A DNA stretch of 64,000 nucleotides from Tubulanus polymorphus. Lineage: Eukaryota > Animalia > Nemertea. Shown piece by piece: positions 14,801 to 26,895 of this stretch. The notes beneath the pieces are model-generated. The model was not told where the DNA came from and searched no databases. It saw nothing but the letters and a program-made list of their open reading frames with translations. How positions within the stretch are numbered: the stretch's first letter is position 1; each line of letters begins with the position of its first letter. The position numbers and the translations under genes are program-made. The stretch lies in contig NC_134027.1 in NCBI RefSeq assembly GCF_964204645.1, forward strand, positions 4,620,485-4,684,484. The letters run 5' to 3'.

Positions 14801-16119
14801 TACAATGGTTGTTGCATGCCGCCTGTTCAACTTTTGGCATCTATAAAACAGGAAAGAAATGAAGAATTAATTACTAGATTTATTTCATAAGAATTAAAAA
14901 TGATACAAAATGATGATAGATTTAAAGTGGAAGGTGGGTTGAAAGGAATATTTTTATTCCAATCTCTAAGGGCCGTGGCCTATCTATACTCACACTCGGG
15001 TTGAGCTTTTAGATGCATGACCTAAAAATAGTGATTTCTAAATTCACGTAATGCGGTAAAGTATTGATGTAAGTCCTAATGACTAGAATAAACAGCCTGA
15101 ATATCTTTGAAACATCTGAAGTCAAATCTGAATGGAATGATAAAGCGATTGCTGAGCCCCCATTGTTCATCGCTTTAATGGAGGCATCTTTTTCCGCTAG
15201 TTACCTAAGAAAATTTTGCACCTGCAAGCGATAGTAGGTCTACTCTAATGTACCCTTTACTGTTGAATTGAGGGCAAGAATCTGTGCCACCAGCGCGCCA
15301 GCAGTGTGTCCTTTTTGGTAATATCCGTGGCCATGTATACAACATGAATCACGCCGCATAGTGGAGTCAAATCAGAATTGGAGTCTTTTTAATGTTGTGT
15401 AACGCAAGGACGATTATGAGCTGTCGTATTTTGAATAACAAAAACAAGAATGGGTCCAAAATAATAAGATGTTGGTGGTCGCGATGTAAATTGATGTATA
15501 CAGTGCCGTAAGAAAACGATCTTTATGCGGAGTAGAAAGAAAATCTTTACGTTTTGCAAAAGAGTTTCGAAGACATTTCCATATGAGATGAATTCGAATC
15601 CCAGCTGTCCCAGTGAGAATCAACTAATCATACGATTCGAAATTTTAGATATTACGCTCGAATCAAATATCTAGTTAAAACGAATACTTAATTAGCTGTG
15701 AAAATAGATAATGATTGTGTGGAAGTTGAATATTTCCTTGAATATAGAGAATGCTTCAAGTGAAATTCATCGGATGTCACCTAATTACATGATGGGCAAT
15801 TTTCTAGCACGTTATTAGCACTTTGCACAATCAGAATCGAGGGTAAATTGGTATTCTCCATTCAAGTGAACAATACCTTCGTCGCAATTTACAAACACAT
15901 TAACAGCACTTCCCCGAAGTCACTGGGACAGGTGATGGTTACGTGGAAATTTAAAACCTCTAGCTTGATAACATCTTTACATCGCGTTGAGAGATTTTAT
16001 GGTTTCTTATAAACCCTCTGTGAATGAGATAATTGGTAAATGGCCGCATGTATTCCTTATTCCTCGACTGATAATCACCGGTCCACCCCAGAAGACCGTC
16101 CAATCGTCACCTCATTAGT

Positions 16120-16330
16120 ATAATGACCGCCATTGTTCGGACAACAAAGTCGATATTGTCTTCGAAATCAATCAAAATCAACGGGACATCATCACCGAGA
16201 CAATGATCCCGATGCCCAAGGCTTCACTGACCATCACTTCGATCGTGTGGGCATTCACACAGTAGCCGGTATAAGGTGGGCGAAAATCATCTATTATCAT
16301 CACGCAGGTTGCATCCTTAGTTAATACTGT
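16120..16330 (+). pseudogene. Decayed LINE APE-endonuclease fragment
   Basis: Frameshifted translation SDNKVDIVFEINQNQRDIITETMI / DAQGFTDHHFDRV resembles the APE N-terminus pattern SLxNKxDEL...DIxxITETWL...GY.L.R.DR. Confidence 0.35.
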
Positions 16331-19300
16331 TGCGTAATTTGCCTTCAGATAAAATACAGGTATAATTATCCACCACCCCTGATAGAAATACATTTTTTCT
16401 CCGTATGAAGCTTTTCATCGATGACCGCTTGCAATAGTTATCGTTATTCACAGATATTTTCAGTTCTATTCATGGGTTAGGTATTATGACTGGCGCCATT
16501 CAGTCTATATCAGAAAATAAAAAATCTCTCTTCCAACATTGGTGAATTCTGATTTTTTTATGCAGCAATAAAATCTAAAAGGGACCGTCCTTCTGTCACT
16601 TTATTTCATTTGATTTATCATGTCAATCATAGCCTCATTTGTCGTTTCTTCTATCGTTGTTTTCAGATTTTGTATCAGATTTCTCGAATGAATTTATTGT
16701 TTAAAACTTGTTGGATATTTGATTTAGTTGCGTCGCTGTTTTGAAGGCACTCATTCCTTGTATTGTTATGGGACAGGTGATTTTTGTTTGGGATACCATT
16801 TTTCTTTTGATTTGCACCCAAACGACCAGTAGAATTGTGGTACAGCACGATTGTATTACTCATCTCAACGTCATTCCATCTGTCTCTAATTTTTCCATAC
16901 CACCTTCTGACCATTTTCTTCTTTTTTGAAATTCCACAATGACAGGAAATGGGAACAGCTTCGCTCGATATTGCCCATTCTTATTTCTGTTGAGACCGAA
17001 AGAAACCTGATTTTTCTAGTAACTCACACATATCTGTCTCGATCATCGGTCGAAACTGCGCTACTGAAAGAATATCTTTTGAGCTTACGTAAGGAAACTT
17101 CGTAACCTCCTTTTATCACTTTTATTACAATTCATTGATGTGTGTAAAGATTGTTTTGTTAACTAGAAATACCAGTTAATGAAATGATTGAGTTACTGAC
17201 AACATTTTCAATGAGTATCTATCATTTCATTAGAAAAAAATGATGCGAGTTAATTCTTTTCCGCAACCAAAAAACATGAATGAAATTGTCTAAAATCAAC
17301 AAGTATGAAGTTCACACATCTGTTCTTAATGGCATTAAGAAGATATAACTATTGTTCCAGCTAATACCTTGTAGTTGTGACAATACAATTATTGTCTGTT
17401 CGCTGATGCCATATGTTCACTATTAGCTAATCACTGATTGCACAAAGACTGTTGTTGTCTGCGATTTAAAAAAAAAAATGAACTGAATGAGCAATTCTTT
17501 ATTTCTTTTGCATTGAATCTTTATGACAAATAGCATCTCAACCGGTACATGGACACAGGGATAGTGGTCGAAATTACAGTATGACTCTATAAGAGTCATG
17601 GATTGTATCTTCGCTTGATACTGTATGTGCCTTCGTTGTGGCTGTCGTGGAGAGTTTTTTGTATTATTTTTGGTGTTGCTGCCTGACCATCGAAATCGCA
17701 GCATGTTGTATTTTCAAGTGTGTGTTTTCAAACAATGTTAAACGATTAATGGTTGGTGACCCTGCGGCTCAGAACGATCTTCGCATCTGAGATTTTTTTC
17801 TGAATGATTCCTAAGCAAGACCAGCTGGACTTGGGGCACATGGTATTGTTTGGTTGTGATTTGCGGTCACCCCCCGTGTCATTCTTATCCGCATTAATCC
17901 TTTTTATGGCTAATTCATAGTTTTTATGCTAAACATTTATCGCTGTATGAGATTGTCTTCGTGTCATTGTCCGTCATATCTAAATAGCTGTGCATGAACT
18001 GTTTAAACTCCGTACGGATTGTTTTTTTACATGGGCATAAAAATACCACGTATATGTCCAAAGGGGATGAATTAATTCACTAGATACATGACCAGGATTG
18101 TTATCATTGCACGCTGCTATATCTTGCCTTTATGATCGATGGCTCTTTTTTCGTCCACTTGAAGAGCCAATTTTGAATCGCCACGGGCACCGTTTTCACA
18201 TTTAAACACCTTTTTTGAAAAGGTCACGACATCGCATATTTTCAAGCGATTAAAATACGTTAATTCTTTACTAAAATAGCGATGCAAATCGCGCGCGTTT
18301 GAATATAATAAAGACGTATATATTTATGGTTAGTCACCAAGCACAAGTCCTGTCCTTGCCGTTATAGCCAGGAGCTGATGAAAATTCCAATAGTTTCGGC
18401 TCATTTGCTTGTGTACACAAGAAGACAATAGGTTTCGTTACTCGCTCTATTCGTCTGCTTATTTGATTTTGTTGATAAAAAACCACAAGTGTGAAATACC
18501 GGATAATTATGACCTCGGGTCATCATTTCACATTAAACGATTTGCATATTTTAGTTATTTTTTCGATACCACGGTTTGTGTCTTCTTTTCTCCTGTAGAT
18601 TGTTTAACTTTCTCTGTTTGTCGATGGTTAAAAATGGAAATTTTCATAGAATAGTTGTCAAGGGGTTGAATGAAAAGTCTGATTTTCACACCAAAACGAC
18701 TTGACCATCAGTGTATAAGAGCGGAATGTACTATATAAAATATCAAAACTCTTACGATTATGATGATATTCTTGAGATTTGATTTTGGTATCGCGTTGTT
18801 ATCAACTTGATCAACCAGTGAATTCATACTTGATGGTTAGTGTAAACTGTTCCTAGAGTTTTCCTCATTAGTGGGTTGCATATCATTTCATCTTCTATTT
18901 GGTTTGATATTATTATATAGCTTGCAATTCATGGCTGGTTGGATGAACAAAATCTCTGCTTTTGTAAAAGTGAATATCATAAGCGAGCTATAAACACCAA
19001 AATGCGTAATAGCCTGTAGCCGAAGTTAAGTCTGTGGACCCCTGTCGAGCGCTTTAGTGTGATGAGCACCCAGGGCTTAGGATTAAAAGTGCCCATCCCC
19101 GGTTGCTGAGCCGGCGAAAATTTAGATGATTAAAAATGTATGACTGAAAGGCCTCTAGTCATGACTGTTCACACTTCTATACCTTTCATTTTGAGGAGAT
19201 TGGAGTATCAACTGAGAAATCAGTTTTGAAAAACTAGATTGAAAGGAAAACAAGAAGGCCTCGTAAACTATGAAAGAATCGTAGATTTGAGTACATAATT

Positions 19301-20797
19301 GATCATTTTGTGGTTTTATTTGAATGTGAATCAAATGTTTCAACACTTGGTTATCGAAGTGTGCTTTCAATCGGCGGCAAACTCGCTGAGCAAATAGTCA
19401 TAAATGATGCAATTGATTGGACATGTAATACGATCCAATTTTCATCGGTGTGAAAATAAATAAGATGTAATCACCTTCGAGATCTGAATCACTGACCAGA
19501 TCGTGAAAAAATAGGTTTACAAACGCAATTAAGATCTCATCAAGATCTCATTCAATTCACAGAAGTGCGAAGCTTGTTTAGAATTTGTCAACGATCACAT
19601 TATGCAACCGGTTGGTGACCAGGTTAATTTCTAGAGCATGAAGAGCATATTGTCATCAGGTGACACATTTATGATTTCTCATCACAATTGACCGACACCT
19701 TAGCTCGAGGGTCATTTGAGCAATAGTGGATTGAATCGTTTGACCAGTAGGGTGATGATTCATTCAGAAATTTTCCTAACAACCTCCCTAGTCCTACCCC
19801 TAAAATTATAAAGATCTTTAATCTTTTTTTTTCAGGAGCCTATCCTCCTCTATCACTAGGTACTACGTTAACCTATCGTGTTTATATATGTTTCGTCGCA
19901 ATCGTATAGATAAAACATAAAAATCACTTGAGTTTTATCATACTGTTTATTTCTATCATTTTCGATACCATACGAGTAAAACAAGTAAAAGTCCTTTATA
20001 AAGTCGTTATGGGACCGGGGAAAAACATGGTGATACAACGAATCTGGCGGAATAAAGAATGGTATTTTCATTGAATTCGAGGAATATTGAGCGAATTTGT
20101 TCTCTGAAAAATGTTGGCCAGTAGCATTAAAAAGGATGGCGTGAACTTGATTGGACCTGGTTGTATTCTACAGATCTTCTTTCGAATGGGATTTGATACA
20201 TTTTTAGCTGAAATGTTTATCCCATAATCGGAAGATGTGACATTTAAGAATATTTTTGCAACTGATAATCGTATCTTGACATTTGGTGAAATGAATGGAA
20301 TGATTTTTCACGTCAATTCCCCCGAAGCTAAAATTAATCCTTGGATTCCAAGACAGGTAGATTATTCACATGACAGCATATGACGTAAGATTGCACAATG
20401 AAGACGTCATCGTTGTTTCACCTGTTTTTGGTATTTTTTCATTTTCTATAGTTTCTATCGCCACCTTGTAAAGTTTAGGACTTCTTCTAAGACGATTCAA
20501 GTATAATCTTGTGATTAAAACGGTCGTTTGTTTAGCGCCGTATTCTGCTAGATGGTGGTGACATCTACATGGATATTCACACGTTAAATTTGGCCGTCTA
20601 CGACCTCGCCTGTCATAATCACGTGATCGCGAGGCAGGTTTTTCAATTGAATAGAAGTTCACCTAGCGGCAAAACTCTAGAGGCGAATTTATCGAAACGT
20701 ACTCAGTTCCGGGTATGGTACCTGCCGAGTATAGGGTACTCAATTTCGAGTATCCTTCGTGGATAAATGAGTTACCAGCACACAAGCCGTGTCAAAT

Positions 20798-22255
20798 ATG
20801 GCCGAAGCGTTGGAGAAAAAGCCAGCCCTCGTGGTTTTGTTTTCAGATTTACTGAAACCGGTCGACTCGTGTATGTCGTCATTGAGCAATTATGATATGC
20901 TTTTGGATAGATCCATTAACGGACAGTCTAGGACTAGTGGAATACTAAACCACCTACCTAAGCACACAAAACTGAGGAAAATTCCTCGCACATCCGGTTT
21001 TGTGGAGGAGACCGTGCCACGGTTTAACACGCTTGAGTTCAAGATGCGATTCAGGTAGGATTTCGTTCTTCACAAAAATAGGTTTCCAAAAGTGATATGT
21101 GATTTTGATAAAATGATAGTGGTATTTTTATTTTTCAGGATGATGCCGACTGCTTTCGAAAAACTGATGGAAGATCTTGGTCCACGGATAAAGAATAAAT
21201 ATGAAAAACCAGATCAGATTATTCGTGTGGATAAACAAGCGCTAATATTCTTATACTTCGCAGCAACTCAAGTTCCACTCATCAGAGTTGCAGATGCATT
21301 TGCAGTATGTGAAGCCACCGTTTTCAACATAGTTGGTAGGTAATAGTTATATATAGTCCTCTGTTCATCTTGAGTTCAACCATGCCTATAACAAAATCAT
21401 ATCTAACACCGATCCCAATTAGTCCAAATGAGGTTGGAGGTTAGCTCGTCCAGTTTGCTTTATTCCAAAATTTGACCAAAAATATGCATTTTATTTCCAG
21501 GGCTCCTTTCACGAATACTTGTCGGAGAGATGATGCAAAACTACATCAAATGGCCGACAGGACACCGGATCCAAGAAGTTTGGGATGGTTTCGCAGCTGC
21601 TCAAGAATTCCCTAAAGTGATTGGGGCGGTAGACGGGACACATATCCCTATAAAGACGCCTATCAAAGATCAGGAAATTTACATAAACCGGAAAAAATGT
21701 CACAGTATTAACGTTTGCGCAATATGTGATCATCAATATATGTTCACGGATATTACTGTCGGATGGCCGGGATCTTGTCACGATTCGCGTGTGTTCAAAA
21801 ACAGTAACCTTTATAGGGATATTCAAAGTGATGCTGCAATCAAACATGCCACTTTCCCTGATAATTCGCATTTGTTGGGAGACTCTGCCTATGAGCTGGA
21901 CACTTTTTTAATGGTTCCATTCAAAGACAATGGCCATCTCACCAGAATGCAAAAAGACTTTAATTATAAGTTAAGTTCAACTAGAATGATGATTGAGAAC
22001 ACATTTGGCATTTTGAAAGGCCGTTTCCGGCGATTGAAGTATATAGACATGCATGATGAACGTCGATTACTCATGTTCATTACAAGCTGCTTTGTGCTTC
22101 ATAATGTATGCATATTGCTATCTGACGATGCTAATGATTATTTGCATGAGGTTCAGTTATTAGCACAAGAGGAAAATCCTGATCAAGTCGGTGGTTTCCT
22201 AAATCCCACTGCCGTACAGAAGCGTTATGCGATAGCAACAATGTTGTCATTGTAA
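20798..22255 (+). CDS. Harbinger/HARBI1-like DDE transposase, ~402 aa, 3 exons
   Basis: Exons 20798-21054, 21139-21335, 21501-22255 with GT-AG introns give 1209 nt in frame. Motifs FRMMPTAFEKL, YIKWP, GAVDGTHIPI, GWPGSCHDSRVF, LLGDSAY, STRMMIENTFGILKGRFRRL, CFVLHN. Confidence 0.93.
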
Positions 22256-22402
22256 ATATATACCGACTTAAAATAAAGTGTCACATATCAGTATTATCAT
22301 TTCTTGTCATTTTAATTGCTGTTCGTCCCAGACTTGTCCAGCCCTTATGACTACAATGCCTGCTGCTTTGGGAATGAAGAGAGATGATTCACTTATGCTT
22401 CA

Positions 22403-22440
22403 GGAATGTTTCAATGTCCTCGGAATGTTTCAATGTCCTC
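22403..22440. repeat. 19-bp tandem duplication
   Basis: ggaatgtttcaatgtcctc x2. Confidence 0.85.
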
Positions 22441-22596
22441 TTCCGGTACTTTCTTGACGGGTAATGGCATAGACTTATCTGAGGTGACAGTACTTATACC
22501 AAGGATATGGAGATCTGAAATCCACTAACATAAGATTTTCAGATGATTCTCAGCATTTTATCATGCATGGATAGGCATTTTCTGTAAATTCATGTA

Positions 22597-22778
22597 CTGT
22601 CAACCCCCAATATACCGCCCACGTCAGTGCAGAACGATTTTGGCGGTATAGAGAGTATGGCAGTATATTGGAGGTGTTTTACTATGTATTTGTATAGAGA
22701 TGTGCATTGAGAAAACCTGGCGGTAGGCGGGGGTGGCGGTATATGGGTCTGGGAGGGCAGTATATCGGGGGTTGACTG
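22597..22778. mobile_element. 182-bp pogo/Tigger-type (Tc1/mariner) MITE nested in the Harbinger
   Basis: Left TIR ctgtcaacccccaatataccgccc versus reverse complement of the right end cagtcaacccccgatatactgccc (21/24 identical). TA on both flanks (22595-22596, 22779-22780). Confidence 0.8.
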
Positions 22779-23009
22779 TAGTAGGGAAAATACACTTTTT
22801 GACAAGGGCCTGTCATCAAATTATGTAACCGTATATAATGCATAAAAATGTAAACATAACGTTTTAGATACTTGAAGAATTAAAATTTATTCAGATCAGT
22901 ACAATTTGAACTGATCCATAGAATTGTCAAACAAAAATTTAAAACTTAAAAACGTGACTTTACAGTACAACTATGTACGGCTTTTCAAATATTCAGTAAT
23001 ACTATGCAT

Positions 23010-23782
23010 AAACTAGGGGTCCAGGGACACCATGCCCACTTGGGAAGTGGTTTCAAATGCTCAACAATCTAATTTCAATATTCAACGCCCCCTGGTGACC
23101 ATATACAAAAACCAATGACCTTGAAACTCACCAAAATCATAGAACACGTTATGGGCTACAACTTTCCAATTGATTGTAGTAACACAATATGTTTCGGTAT
23201 AAATATAATGTGGAAAAACTTTTTTCCACCTACGAATAAGTACTGATGAAACCAAGATGGCCGCCAATTGCGTCATAATTGGTTGATCAAAAATAACTGT
23301 CTCATGTATAAAACATCCCTTTCCAAAGAATACCCATCACAAATTGCAATGAGAAATGGCAAACCAGTAGAAAGCTACATGACCCAGAATTCCGGCCAAA
23401 ATTGACATTTTTGGGCACTAAAAAGGTCATAGGACGGCCATCTTGAGTCCGATCGACCAAATTTTTCTTATGCTGATGGGGGGGGGATTCAAATATATCC
23501 GAAAGATCAAGGCGTCTTCAAATTTTTCCTCAAAAACTTAAAAATGTGTAAAAAGGGCCAATTTTGGCGAACAACAATGGCTATCAGTCGACCATCGTGA
23601 TTCTGAAAGGGCCAGTTTTTGGGCTGAAGATGTGTCAAGGGTAGATACATGTGTAACCCAAATATCAAGACATAACCTTGAAGCGTCTTCAAAACTTCCC
23701 AAAATAACTGGATTCCGTCTACAAACGGACGAAAAGTGAACGCAATAGCCCGCTGGGACTAAAGTCCCAAGTGGGCTAAAAA
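23010..23782. mobile_element. Non-autonomous Helentron (HINE/DINE-like) nested in the Harbinger
   Basis: 12-bp subterminal inverted repeat gcccacttggga (23034-23045) / tcccaagtgggc (23765-23776). Terminal hairpin tagcccgctgggact-aa-agtcccaagtgggcta (23746-23778). A-run at both borders and no TSD. Confidence 0.7.
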
Positions 23783-24357
23783 TACTACATGTATTGAGAC
23801 AGATTACCCTTTGCTTAAAATAAAGCACTCGCAGTTCCATAGATATCCGCCATCTATCACAGTAAACCAAGCTAAGTTCCGAAATCGACTGATCTCAAAT
23901 TTTTCTTCGCCTAATTAAGAATTACAGCAGTCTAGCACACAATGACTATGTAACTAAAGTCTCTTTTTGTCTTGGGATAATTTTCTAGGATATATCCGAA
24001 AAACTCGATGTTACACTGAAGTAAAGACATTGACATGACCAACTTGGCAAAATGAAACAAAAAATAACGAATTTTTATAGCCACATAATATAAAGCCACA
24101 ATAGATGTATAGATCTTCAAACTCGATTGATTTCAGGCTCCGAATTGGATCCAGATCCACAGTTGATTCCGAGTCAAAGTTAATTCATTTTCAACGAGAA
24201 AATCGTGTAATTGAGGGTCAAATTCAATTTTGAAATACCAGGACTGGTCCAAGTGACAAACTTACTACATGTCGCCTTTATGTTTGTCATCTGATGAAGA
24301 GCTTTGGACCCTGAAATCGATCGCGTGGCTTTAAAAACTCTGCCTTAATTATAGAAA

Positions 24358-25976
24358 TCAAATTTTTTCGAGTAGTTTCTCAAAAACAGATATCTTCTTC
24401 CTTTCCACCTCTAACTTCTCATTCTCCAAAGTCATAATCTCTTTATGATTGGCCTGAATAGTTTCCATTAATTTTACTGAGTCCTCTTTACGAGACTCTT
24501 CTTGCTTTTCCATCAACTCCATAAATGTATCAGATTTTGCACTAGTGGAACCACGGGACTTTCGTAGTTTCTTAGCAGGTGGAAAAGAAATTGGTTCAAA
24601 TGGGTCAACATCCATCTCGGCATTGCTGGCAGAATCCGTGGTGGTACTAGATGACTCCATATTGGTGCTTGCGATAACAAAGTTTGGACGGACATTGGGT
24701 TTACAACCGAGATACGCATCCAACTCATCATAGAATATACATGTTTTTGGTTCTACACCTGTCTTGTTGTTATGGTCGACAGTTTTTCGGTACTTCTTCA
24801 TGAGGTTATTCCATTTATTCTTTATCTGATCAGCCGTGAAATCAAATCCTGCATCTAACATATCATGAGCTATTTGTTTCCATATAGTGGCTTTTTTTAT
24901 TTTTGGATCAGAGAATTTTTCAGCATAGTCCTTATGTAAATCGATGAGTTTTAGAACTGCAGCCCGCGGCATGAAGCTATCATCGCCTGGAATATCAAAA
25001 AGCAGTAATATTATAATCAAGGAATTTTCTGAAAAAGGTTGGGTGTTTAACATAACACCATTAAATTCAGGCTACAACTTACCAGACTGCGAGGACTGCT
25101 GTAGGGAGGTCGAGGACTGCTGCAAGGAGGTCGAGGACCGCTGTAGGGAGGTCGAGGACTGCTGCAAGGTGGTCGAGGACTGCTGTAGGGAGGTCGAGGA
25201 CTGCTGCACGGAAGTCGAGGACTGCTGCACGGAGGTTGTGGCTGCAGGGCGTCGTGAAGCTGTCGGCAATTGCTCTCTATAACTTGTCAGTAAAGACTGC
25301 AACACGTTCACATCTAGAAAAAGACCATTAACAAAAAGTGAAGCCAAGTACATGATGATACCTAAAAATGAATAGGGCCTACAACTTTTTCTCCAAAATA
25401 CAATTTTCAAAACAAAGTAAGTAAACACTTCTCTGACAAATCATGCCAATACTGACAATGCTTACTGATGAATAGTATGTAGAATACGTTTTTTCTTAGA
25501 TTCATTTAAACCAAAAGTATTTAATTTGTTGATACCTACCACTGGCAATAGCCTTCATGTACGTTTCGTGGTCCAAACTAAATGTAGCCATATCGCCATC
25601 TATATTCAATTTTAATCTGCAAAAGTACAAAAAATGTAGGGAATCAGGCATCAATGGAATGATTTTGAGCAGTGGCGGCAATATGATTTGACTTCTCACG
25701 GTCCAAATATTGCCAAACTCACTGTTCATATTCAGTTATGCCTCCCCAACAGCACGAGCGAATTAACCCAGACTAATTCATTATTACAGTTTCCATGTTC
25801 AAAGTCATTGTACCTAGCTCCTGGATGATTAAGACAGGTACTTTGCTATCTATCAACGTTTCTACAAGATAATACTTTCTTCTGTTGCCTTAATAATTTT
25901 TTTTTTCACGCAGAAAACCACTGAATTTTAGAACTTACTCATACGAATTCACATGGTCTGCGTTGTTAGCCGCCAT
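24358..25976 (-). CDS. Harbinger-associated Myb/SANT (trihelix-like) DNA-binding protein, ~324 aa, 4 exons
   Basis: Exons 25976-25939, 25616-25540, 25313-25083, 24986-24358, all GT-AG and phase-compatible, 975 nt. Domain KATIWKQIAHDM...FTADQIKNKWNNLMKKYRK...CIFYDELD plus a C-terminal coiled coil. Confidence 0.88.
25086..25235. repeat. 21-bp coding minisatellite, ~7 copies, encoding SSTSLQQ heptads
   Basis: Unit gaggactgctgtagggaggtc with variants, in frame within exon 3 of the Myb gene. Confidence 0.9.
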
Positions 25977-26618
25977 TTTGTTCTTCCGGGTATACTCAGG
26001 GTTACCATGCTCTTGAGCATGGTAAGGCAAGTATAGTACTTAAATTTGAGTACACCTTGGATAAATGTGCCGAGTACCATACTCGAAAACGAGTACATTT
26101 GTCGATAAATGCGCAGTTGGGGTACTCAGAACTGAGTACGTTTCGATAAATTCGCCTTAGATTATATTGAATTTTTCGCAGGGTGTTTAGAAATGACGAA
26201 AACATATCCTTCATTTATTTTTGAATTAGAAATCTCTTGACTTTTTTTTCAAATAAAGTGCATAAGTTTCGCCTCATCGATACAAAATTTTGAGCAGACT
26301 AAAACCGAATCTAATCCTATCTATTCAGTAGTTATGAGCATAGTAGCTTTGCCTGGCTAAGGTTATCAACTGTGTTCATTTGGGGTTCTATTTCAGGTTC
26401 GCATTTGAAATAAATTATAGACTAGTTACGAATTATATCAGCCAGAAAAATAAGATTTTAGCATACAACGACTAAAAACCTTGCTTGATTTTTTGAGCCA
26501 AGGACCCCCAGACCCCTTCTACATCCGCCCCTGTATTGGGTTTTTTCCTTGGTTCTTGCTTAATGACGAGGTTCTTGCCGAAATACGGATGGCATAGTAG
26601 TAAATAGATGATTGGTTA

Positions 26619-26895
26619 CGAGAGAAATTCCATTAAGCCAAAAATGAAAAGTTCTATATCAAAATGATTATATTTCGAGCAACGTTTCGACTAAATGCTA
26701 TTAGCCATCATCAGACGTACTATGAAATGAATTACTCATCTTCCAGTACGCCTGATGATGGCTAATAGCATTTAGCCGAAACGTTGCTCGAAATATAATC
26801 ATTTTGATATAGAACTTTTCATTTTTGGCTGAATTTATTGTGGGATTTCACTCGTTATCATCATACACGGATATCGTGTATCTTCTCGTCTCAGT
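26619..26895. mobile_element. Penelope-like pLTR foldback carrying hammerhead ribozyme motifs on both strands
   Basis: Inverted arms ~26619-26721 and 26745-26854. Flanking 10-bp direct repeat tgattggtta (26609-26618, 26896-26905). Confidence 0.7.
26748..26790 (+). ncRNA. Minimal type I hammerhead ribozyme motif (mirror copy on - strand at ~26678-26717)
   Basis: CTGATGA (26752-26758), stem II GGCTAA/TTAGCC, GAAA (26778-26781), palindromic ACGT in place of stem III. Stem I is weak. Confidence 0.6.

Larger units (their letters stand above)
20681..26157 (+). mobile_element. Autonomous PIF/Harbinger DNA transposon, 5477 bp
   Basis: Perfect 29-bp TIRs AGGCGAATTTATCGAAACGTACTCAGTTC (20681-20709; reverse complement at 26129-26157). 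3-bp TSD TAG (20678-20680, 26158-26160). Convergent DDE transposase and Myb/SANT genes. Confidence 0.96.

Noticed and set aside
24290-24325. CTGATGA...GAAATCGATC hammerhead-like core inside the Harbinger
   Set aside because: Stem II and stem I pairing are not convincing.
24944-25282. Plus-strand Cys-rich ORF (EVEDCCR repeats) resembling a metallothionein
   Set aside because: It is the antisense frame of the minisatellite in the Harbinger Myb gene. The minus-strand model has consistent splice sites.
25966-25980. caaaatggcggcta shared by the Myb start codon context and the foldback ends
   Set aside because: It is a common YY1/Kozak-like motif and not evidence of relationship.
26500-26535. cccccagacccc...atccgcccctg, resembling a MITE right end
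   Set aside because: No matching left TIR found.
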